Shown one piece after another: positions 54,501 through 64,000 of a stretch of DNA of 64,000 nt. The notes under the pieces are model-generated. The model saw only the letters and a list, made by a program, of their open reading frames with translations, searched no databases and was not told the origin of the DNA. The DNA comes from Mantamonas sphyraenae STR306 (Eukaryota > Protista > CRuMs), in the NCBI GenBank assembly GCA_026936335.1, contig JAPMXV010000019.1, positions 186,001 to 250,000 of the forward strand, given 5' to 3'. Every line of letters starts with the position of its first letter. Position 1 is the stretch's first letter. The translations under genes and the position numbers were made by a program.

Positions 54501-56902
54501 GGAGGCACGCATGCGACAAAGGACCCAGCAAAGCGCCGCCAGGCGGCTGCAGACGCGTCGGAAGTGTGCACGGAGGCGACGGAGGCGATGAACGAGGCGC
54601 GTGGCGTGGACCCTGCGCGTTCTGCGCAGTGGCGAGCGGCGGAGAAGAACTACAAGAAGCACATGGGCGAGGAAGAAGCGCGTCTGCGAAAGGCCAAGGA
54701 CGGGCAGACCAAGGGCGTGCTGGGCTACCGCGTGAAGTATTGGAAGTTTTTGATCAAGCAGGCGAGCGAGATGGTGCGGTTCTACAACAACATGCGCTAC
54801 ACGTTTTACCGCGAGCGTGCGCAGATGTACTATCACCAGGCGCGCTTCTGGGAGTACACGGCGGACCAGATTGAGAACGGCAACAAGAAGTGGTTGCGGT
54901 ACAAGGCACTGGAGAACCACTGGCAGGCGGAGGCGTTCAAGTACATGGCCAAGGGAAGCCAGGAGGGCAAGTCGTATGCGCTCACCGTGGACAAGAGTCA
55001 ACGCAACGCGGCAAACTACCTGGCCATGGCCAAGAAGCTGCGTGACAAACCGACCCCTGCGGAAGAGTTGATGGAAAACCTGCGCGAGAACCTGACAAGG
55101 GTACACAAGAAGGTCAAGGTGATCAAGGCTAAGCTGCACAAGGCGATGGCAGCGGCGACAAAGGCGGCAGCGGTGGCCAAGGCTGCGGCAGACCAGATGC
55201 AGGACCGCGGATCGCACGAAGCCAACGACCGTGAAAAGGCCAAGGTGAAGGCGCTGGAGGATGCGAGTGCCAAGGCGAACGCTCTGGTGCGCAAGATCCA
55301 CGCCGAGCTGGACGAGGCACATCGCTCGGCCAAGGTGATCTACAAGGCGCTGCACGCGCAACAGCACAAGGTGCTCGCGGCGTCGCACGAGCGTGGCAAG
55401 CAGCACCTGGCAATCGCCAAGAAGGCAGCGGTGCGTCTTGTGCAGCGTGTGCTGGCAAACGGCACGCTCAAGGTGCTGGAAGCCCTGATGAAGGTGGCGT
55501 GGGCGATCCGTCACACGGGCATTGCGCTGCTGAGTTCGCTGCGCTTCCGCTCGTCGCTGAAGGGCGCAGCACTCAAGGCCATGCAAAAGAAGGCGTCGGG
55601 ATATGTGGTGTACGGCAGCAATCTGTTGCACCAGGACTACGAGGTGTCGGCGCAGATCAAGCAGATGGCGGCCAAGTACGGGATCAAGGCGGACGGGTAC
55701 ATCTCCAAGAACGCGCGACACATCAGCCAGTACCAAAAGGAAACCGAGAAGCTGGTGCAGAACGGCGTGCGCAACCTGGTGGCACGCGAAAAGGTGCACA
55801 AGGCCCGCAAGCTGGAGGCGAAGCGCAAGCGGGAGCTGGCACGCGCCAAGCGCCTCGCAGCCGAGGCCAAGGCTCGCGCGGCACACGAACGCAAGACGTT
55901 TGCGGCCAAGATGAAGGCGGCAGCCAAGGTGCGCGCTGCCGAGCGCAAGGTGAAGGAGGAGAAGGCCAAGGTGGCGCGCGCAGCAGCCAAGCTGGCCAAG
56001 AGGAAGGCACAAGAGGCGTTCCTGAAGAAGCGTGCAGCCGCGTTGGCAGCCAAGGCCAAGGCCAAGGCTCTGGCGGAGCAGAAGAAGCAGGATGCGCTGA
56101 AGAAGGCGGCAATCAAGGCCAAGAGCGCAAGGATGCGCAAGGCGGCCGAGAAGAAGCTCAAGGCGTTGGTAAAGAAGGAAAAGGCCAAGTATGTGAAGAT
56201 TGCCAGGCAGGACGAAGAGCGCATCGAAGCAAAGGCCAAGGCCAAGAAGGCGCAAGCCAAGAAGGAGAAGGCCAAGGCCAAGCAGCAGATGCGCAAGTTG
56301 TTGAAGCAGCGAGCCAGGAAGATGTTGAACAAGAAGAAGACGAAGAAGGGAGGAAGGAAGGGTGGAAGGAAGGGTGGAGGAAGGGTGGCAAGAAGAAGAA
56401 GGGCAGGAAGGGACGTGGTCGTGGCAAGCGCGGCAAGCACAGTGGCTGCACGTGCACTTGCTATGGCCGTCGTGGATGTACATGCAAGTGTGGGGGGCGT
56501 CGTGGGCGTCGTGGGCGTCGTGGGCGTCGTGGTGGGCGATGCAGACGCCACACACGGTGCGTCGTGCGTCGAGGCTACCGCTTCTGCTTCTTGTACTTCT
56601 GTGAGCGCAGGGTGCGACTTGTCTCGCGCCGCAGGGTTTGATTCGCGGAGCGCCAACGCTTGTAGCGGCTGTTGTCGTCCGGAGAAATGAAGCCAGTTTG
56701 ATCGAACTCGAGCAGCGTCGTTGCACATCACGGAACAACACACACTCATACGCAGGATATTGACACATTCGCCACGTGCAACGATTTGTGGCTCTATGTG
56801 CGCTCGAAGCACTCGCTTCTGAGCATCTTGTGGCCCGGAGAGTTTGTCGACGGGCGACGATACAGCGAAGACAGGAGAATGCTGGATGACCAGGATGTGT
56901 AG
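48528..56902 (+). CDS. Giant (~2700 aa) secreted, highly basic protein of unknown function (frameshifts near 51010, 53625, 56378; probable terminal intron 56612-56755)
   Basis: Signal peptide MTRTVLVLLFLAMLVCSSVSA. Abutting ORFs with the same codon style join through single-base repairs. The stop is 56641 if the last intron is not real. Confidence 0.65.
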
Positions 56903-56928
56903 GGGCAGATGTATGTATGTTCACACTC

Positions 56929-59900
56929 TCACGGTTCTTCCTTTTCTCGTAGGGCCGCGCGTCGGGCAAACGCGGCGACCTCGGCAAGCGTGCTGGGTTG
57001 GATGGAGTCACTGGAACCACTCTCTGATTCCCACGCACGCTTTGTGCTCTTGGAGGGATGCACTGCGTTGACTTTGTGCACCATGGTCATGCCCAGGGCG
57101 TTGGCGATGCGCCTCGCCGCACTCCCGTCTTTGCGATGCGCCAGGGCCATGGCCAACTCCACAAGCTCGCGCTTGGGTGCCTCATCCACTTCGTTGGGGT
57201 CCATGAGGAAACCCATGACCTGCTCTGCTCCTCCGCTGTCGCACACCTCCCTGATCTTCTGCCACTGATCGGAGAAGCGTCGCCTGTACGCCGTCTGCTC
57301 GTTGAGATTGACGACCTGCTGCAACGCCTTTTCCAGCGCCCTCATCCTTTCCAGATCAAGGCGCTCAAACACCATGGCCTGTGCGTCGGGAAGGTGATCT
57401 GCTCCGAGAACCTGCCCCAGCAGGTGCATCAGCCGGTCGCCGCGTTCGGCGTATTCGTCGCCTTGGTCCGTCGCGTTGATGAGCCACCTGCGCTTCCAGG
57501 CGACCACTTTTTGGTAGATGTCCAGGCCAACGTAGAGGACACAGACCACAAGCACAGAAACGGCCACGGCGATGGTCAAGTTTGTCCACGATTCGTAGCC
57601 CCGCGCATTCAAGCCTTTGGTGACAAACATGATGCCTGACACAAGGAGTAGCAGTGATTGCACAAACAGAATGCTCTCCAGGTTGTTTTGCATGCTCGTA
57701 CGGTACGGACGAAATCGGAACTGCATCACGGTGGCTGTGCCCAGCACCAGCAGACCGAGGAGCCCCTGCAGGACTGGGAGAGACGCCGCATACAGGTTGA
57801 TGCTCACCACGGCAGCCTTGCGCAACAGCACAAAGCCTTCGTAGTAGAAAAACCGGCTGCGGAACTTGCTAAACAGCGTGCTGAAGCTATGAAGGAACGG
57901 CTCCGCACTGCGCGTTTCTGGTTCCCGACCGCGGTACATGATGCCCAGTGCCATGGCAGGGATGCCCAGCACGTACAGAAACATAAACACAGAGGCAGCC
58001 GGGACCAGGTGCATATGTACGCCGTCGGGCACCCAGCACTCCTCGGCTGGAAGAGACTTCATGACGACGAGGCCCGGGCGCACCTCGACGCAATCAAACA
58101 CCTCCAGCACCCGTGAGCACAGGGTGATGTACAGGATGAGCGTGGTGAACACGATTTCGTTGATCACATAGCGCAGGGTGTCGATGCCCACGGGTTCCGT
58201 CGTCATCACCACCTCTGCCACACTGTCACGTGCCATCAGCAGCCACATCGTCGTTTTCGGCGTGTCCACAGAGACCTGAGACACCACCGAAATCGAACGG
58301 CGCATGCTGGGTCCTTCGTCCGACAGCGCCAGAGTCTGCGTTTGCTTCCACCTCAAGTACCGGTCCACCACCCACCAGTGTAGGAACTGCAGACCCACAC
58401 GGACGAGAATACCACACAGCACAATCACGGGCAGTGCCATGGTGAACCAGAAGCGCGTCTCGTACGTCCACATGGCCTGCAGCGAACATTCGGGCGCAGC
58501 CGCATCCAGATTGAAGTTCAGCACCGAGAAGTAACCAAACATGTTGCGCACGCTGTCGGGCCAATTGAGACGAAAGTCGGCAAACGTGCCCATGACTTGA
58601 AGATGGTTCAGTGCCAGCGAGATGACTCGGCCCCTGCGTTTCTGGGCTGTGCGTGCCTCGCGACGCACCCAGCTCAGGTAGATCACAAACAGGACCAGCA
58701 ACAGGATCAAAAACGTCTGCGACTCTTCCTGACATGGCTGGCATGCTTCACCCAGCCGGTAGTACCCTTCGGTGCACTGGCCACACAAACGGCCCTGGTA
58801 TCCATCGCCGCAGTTCGTTCCGTTCCCACCCAAGCAAGCGCTCTCCACCGCACAGCGCGTAAAGTGGAACTGAAGGCCGGTCCCGGTGGAAAAGAATCCA
58901 GGGAGGGCCTCTGGCAGCGACGAAAGCCCCTTGCACATTGCATTTTCTGGGCACGCAGTGCAAGCGAGCCCACGAGCGCCTTGAGGATGGTAGAAACCCG
59001 GTGAGCAGCGGCAGTCTGAGAGAAACTCGGGTCCGTCGTCCTTGTATGCTTGAGAGCCCGTGGGGCATTCAACAGGCAAGGGGAACACCGTGAACGTCAC
59101 GTTGGAGCTCTTTGGCCGCGCCCATGTCTGCCCGTCGTCAAACGAGACCTCGGGTGGAAACGTGCCGCGTGTCTGTGTGGAAGGGGTCTGCACAACGAGT
59201 GTACCCTCATCCCCGACATGCACCTGCGTAAACACCTCGTCGCCAAAGCGCACGCGCACAACGGGCGCACCCTCGACAAACCCACCACCTCGGATGGTCA
59301 CTGCCAACGCATCGCCAGGCTGCTTGCGAATTGGTTCAAGATTTGCAATGGTCACCGTGTCGTGCAGCGTCAGGTTGGACGACGTCGGATACAGTTGCTG
59401 GCCGTTGTTGGCCACCCAGATCTTGACAACCACGGGCCGTGCAAGCGTGCCTCCGTAGGGAGGGACAGCCACACGCAGCGTAGACGTGCCCACGCGCTCG
59501 GCTGCCACACGTACAGACCACCCTGCGCCGTCTCGCAGTTCCACCTGCGGCGTGTCGCGCAGCTGGGCAAACACACCGCGCACAGACACCACCGTGCTAC
59601 CAGCGCCGTTGGCCACGTGCGGCCACGTGGCATTGACCACCGACGTCGAATACACCTGAAGCGCCATTGGCTTCTCGGGGGGTAAACGTGCGTCCAGAGT
59701 CTGTCGACACGGCCATGGAGAGCTGGTGCACACGCTCCACGTCAGACGACGACACAAGCGTCAAAGGCAACGCACCAATCTGCACCTCCATCTGCGACCC
59801 ATCGTCATCCACACGCAATGCTACTGCTTGCTGCACAACCGCGCCTGTTTCGTTGGACCGCAGGCGCAGCAGCATCGAGTTGCCCACGCTGCTGTTCAGC

Positions 59901-62900
59901 AGCTGCGCACCCACAATGGTCAACACCGTGCCGCCCACCACAGGTACGGACTGTGGAGAGACACTGCGCACACGCGGACTGGCCGTGCTGTATCGCACGC
60001 CGCTGCACGACGTGAAATCGACGCCGTTGGTGGCGATTTCAACCGTGTGCAGACCATCCGGCAACGCAGGCGTCACACAACGCATCTCTGTGCGTGTCAG
60101 CACCCTGCACTCGCGTGTTTCCTGCCCGCCAAAGCGTGCGGTAAGCGTGGGGAGCCCCAACATGTTGGTGCCATACAACGCCACCTCCGTCTCCATGTTG
60201 GTCGGCCCCAGCGCACGTCCGATCTGCTGCACAGCCACATTCTGAAAGTACAGCAACGAAAGAGGCATGCGCACATAGTTCTGGCCATTCAATGCCACCA
60301 GCAAGCTTGTGTCCACCGTCTCCAGCGCGCCGATCGGCAACGTGGGCGTCACCACGGTCATGTTGGCCGTGGTCCCCTCCATGGCTGCCACGGGGTCGCT
60401 CAGCCACTGCAATCCTGGGCTTGTGACGTTGAAACGCACACGTGTGGCGTCTCGTGTTTGCGCATACTCGCCCGTCAGCGTGAGGGTGTTGCCACCCGCC
60501 GCACGCGTCGACGTGGGCGCCACCGTGTCCATCACCGGCACACGGTACACCTCAAAGTAAGTGCCACTCTGCGTGACATTCCCACCCACATTCGTGCTTA
60601 CGTCCACACTCAGCTTGGCCAGCTGCGAGCGGGGCATGCTTTCGGGCACTTGGTTGCGGAGATCCATCGTCGACAGAACCACCGTCGTCTCGCTCTGAGG
60701 CATAACATCTGCCGTGGCGTTGCCCACACACACACGTACCCTGCCTGTGATGGGGTGGGCCACAAAGCCTGTGCCAGTCAGCGTCACCACCGTGCCGCCT
60801 TGCTCCGGGCCGCTCAACGGCTGCATGGCCGTCAGCACAGGACGCACTACTGTCAGCGTGTACTGCGTGGTCACAAACTGCACGCCATCGTTCAGCGACA
60901 GTCGCACCACGTAGCTTCCCTGTGTAATGCTCGGCAGCGGCACGCGGATGCGCGTTGCATCCACACGCTCGCCTATCAGATCGCCCACAGAGTCCACACG
61001 CACCACAATCACACTCGCGTTCACAAACCCTGTGCCGTGAAGAATCAAATCCTGCGGAAGATTCTCCGCCACCCGTGCAGGCTCGATGCTCGTGAAAGTT
61101 GGCGGCGCAGAAAACGCCATCGCCGCATCCTCGCTCGTCACAAACTGCTGCCCATTCAGCGTCACAAAAACCTGTTCGCTGCCTGTTTGCAAGCCCACAT
61201 CCGGAGTGCGGCATGTAATCTCACTGGCACTGGCAATCGTGGCCGACACAGCCGCGAGACTGCTCCCGAAGCGACACAGCACCTGACCAGGCACAGGCTG
61301 CACAAAGCCCACGCCACGCATGGTCACCAGAGTGTTGCCACTCAGTGGTCCCCACGTGGGACGAGCTGTGTCCAGGCGGAACACGCTCATGCTCACGTTG
61401 GCCGGCGTGTACTCTTCGCCGTTCAGCGCCACGCGCAGCGCAAGCGATGTGCCATCGCTTGCATTCAGTGCAGGCATCGTCACACGCAGCACACTGGTGC
61501 TCACAAACGTCGCATTCAGTGTCAAGTTGCGCGGAGCCACGCTCACACGTGCTGCGCCAAGGGTGTCCACAAACAGCTGGCCTGCAGCAGGCGCCAGATC
61601 CACCGTCAGACCATCCACGTTGTTGGCCATGGCACTCGGAGACACACTGGATACGCCGTGCTCCTGGTACAGCCGTGCCACCAGAGTGTCCGCCAGAAAC
61701 TGCTCGCCATTTGGCGCCACACGGATGCTCAGTTGACGCACCGTCCCCGCCGCAAACGCTGTCATGCTGTCAAACGACGGCAGATCCAGCTCCACCACAC
61801 TGCTTCCGTTGCTCGGCAGCGCCTTGCGCAGCTCCAGAGTCTGCCCACTGGGTCCAGCGGCCACGAATTGCCATCGTGCAAGCTCGGGCAATGTCTGCAG
61901 CCCAGTTCCTTGCACACGCACGCGCACAGACTTCCACTTGGGCACAAATGCAGGCGCAAAGCTTGTCACACTCATGGCATACGTCGTCAGCGTCGCAGGC
62001 TGCGCCACAAACACCTGGCCATCCAGAGACACGTACACACGGATGCCCGAGCGAACCACGCCACCAAATGTGGGCGTCACACATTCCAGCACCGTGCTGT
62101 TCACCACGCTGCCTGTTCCCGTCCACGTGGCCCCAGACGACACGTTGTACACACACGTGATCTTGTTGGCGCCCAGCGGCAGCTCCTGGCCACGCACAGC
62201 CAGTCGCGTGCCTCCGCCGCTCGCAGGCCCACTGCGCGCCTCGTTCACAAGCGGCCCCGGCTTGTAAAATGTAAACGGGATCGCCTGTGTCTCGTTGCTG
62301 CCACTGTTGAACAGCACGCGCAGTGTGGTCGCGTACGTGGATGTGTGCGGCGATACAGGCGCCGTGCAGCGGATCAGATCCTCCGCCACCACCGTGCATC
62401 CCGCGGCCTGTGTCTCATTCGCTCCTTCCCCACGGCTCATCACAACCTGCGAACCCACAATGAAGAAGCGTCCAATGATATCCAGCGTAGTGCCTCCGCC
62501 AATGGGCGCCACGTTGGGTTCCACACGTTGCAGCACAGGATCGCCCGGCTTCAGGAGAAAGGCAAACGGACTGCCCGGCACAGCCACGCCGTCAACAGTC
62601 ACATTCATAACAAAGGTGCCAAAGGCCACGATATCCACGCGTGCACGAAACACTGCGGCTGAGGACGCGTTGCCAAACGTCACCTGTGTGTCCGAGATGG
62701 CTGCGCCGCTGAGCCAGCCCTCGACCACAGCCGACGGCACACCGTTGCCAAACCGATCTCGTGCTTGAAGTTCAAACACGCGCGATACGCCTTCGGGTGG
62801 GACCTCCTGGTCCTGGACGGCCGAGGTGTTGCGCAGCAGTGTCTGCGCAGCCACAGCCGGACCCGGCACCACCGTCAGCTCGCCAGTCGACACGGTCGTG

Positions 62901-64000
62901 TTGCCACCCGTGCGCACCATCAGAGTGTACGATCCACTCACGGTGGCATTGAACGCAAGCACGTATGGGTGATTGCTGGTGATCGTCACATTGACACGCA
63001 CGTCCTCGCGTTGAAGCCATGCCTCCACGGCCAGTGCGTCTGTGACATTGTTGCCATACACATCCTGCACTTCCAACTCCCACGTGCCATTGGTCCCTGC
63101 TTGCACAGTCTGCGCAACTGGCGACACAGCGGCACGCGCAACCACGTTGTGCGTCACCTGCAACGCAAAGGGCGATCCCGACACATGCGACGCCCCCAGA
63201 CGCACACCGACTGCGTATGCGCCTGCCAACGTCACGTTGAGCGCTCCCGCATACACACTACCAGACACGGCCACAAAGTGCATGGCCAGGTCGCCGCTGA
63301 GCAATCCCAGATCCACGCCCGCACTGCGGTTGTTGCCAAACGCATCCTGCACAAGCACAACTGCCGAAGTGGGTGTACCAGCTGCAATACTGGCAGCAGG
63401 GGTCGAAACAAGCCTGGAGACATCCGCATTGGCTGGTGCGGCGGTCACGGCGACCAAAAACGGCGATCCCGGCACGTGAACACCACCAATACGCACTGGC
63501 AGGTCATACGTGCCGACCACTGTGAGGTTGTAACGCACATGCGACAACCCAGACCCCAGTGCGGTCACCGTTCCGTTGATACCGACAGTCAACACGCCAC
63601 CCGTTGTCACATTGTTTCCAAACGCGTCTCGCTGCTGCACGGTGTACGCTCCACCAGCACCAGCCACCATATCCTGCACACCAGCCACCACTGCGTTGCC
63701 CACGGCCTCGATTGCCGGAGCAACAGCCACGGAAAATGGCGATCCAGGCGTGTGGACACCTCCAATCTGTACAGGGAGCGCATACACTCCGCTCACCGTC
63801 ACGTTGTACCTCACACGAGACAGTCCGTCTCCAAGTGCTTCTACCACACCATCCAATCCCACCGTGAGCGCTTCACCAGTGGTCACGTTGTTTCCAAACG
63901 CATCCCTGCGCTGAACTGTAAACGAGCCACCGTCGCCGGCAACCACATCCTGCACGCCCGCAACCACCGCATTGCTCACAGAGTCACTATCAGGTGACAC
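56929..64000 (-). CDS. Giant cell-surface multi-pass membrane protein: filamin-type Ig repeats, IPT/TIG repeats, Cys-rich region, TM bundle (5' end outside window; frameshift near 59680)
   Basis: RDAFGN..G.Y...V...G.HVPGSPF filamin repeats; P..GP..GGT.VT..G.GF IPT repeats; CRCSPGFY..CTACP..CGDGYQGRLCGQC; roughly 8-9 hydrophobic segments. Confidence 0.85.

Noticed and set aside
56636-56810. Selenocysteine read-through of TGA at 56639 with a SECIS-like hairpin (TCGTTGCAC/GTGCAACGA)
   Set aside because: No proper SECIS core geometry, read-through would add only a few residues, and an intron explains the region better
1-64000. tRNA, rRNA, snRNA genes and transposons; alternative genetic code
   Set aside because: No recognisable signatures by eye; conserved proteins translate correctly with the standard code and TGA, TAA and TAG all serve as stops

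Overview
Very gene-dense, GC-rich eukaryotic nuclear DNA with short GT-AG spliceosomal introns (CTAAC/CTGAC branch points), many (GT)n/(CA)n microsatellites and intergenic gaps of mostly 25-180 nt. The gene content points to an aerobic, flagellated protist; I cannot assign the lineage. About 25 protein genes tile the window. Housekeeping genes: DDX1, BUB3, Rab18, a PITAIRE CDK, a Tfc4/GTF3C3-like gene, a PIP kinase, p23 and CCDC47. Mitochondrial genes: SARS2, MRPS9, citrate synthase, GUF1 and NDUFAF6. Centriole/cilium-type genes: a C2 + CEP76/CC2D2A-type protein, a CEP350-like protein, BIVM and a long coiled-coil protein. Unusual architectures: MKRN2OS-like + ZZ finger, thioredoxin + C-type lectin + TM, and tandem cNMP domains with tubulin-tail-like repeats. 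About ten single-base frameshifts, most likely long-read assembly errors, split real genes in the ORF track. Repairing them reveals the best novelty candidate: a ~2700-aa secreted, very basic protein (48528-56902). It has a beta-rich domain, acidic spacers, amphipathic cationic helices and a hidden Arg/Gly/Cys tail with a theta-defensin-like CxCxC-x5-CxCxC ladder. It lies tail-to-tail with a giant filamin/IPT-repeat multi-pass membrane protein. I recognised no rRNA, tRNA, CRISPR array or transposon. All family calls come from recalled motifs, not database searches.
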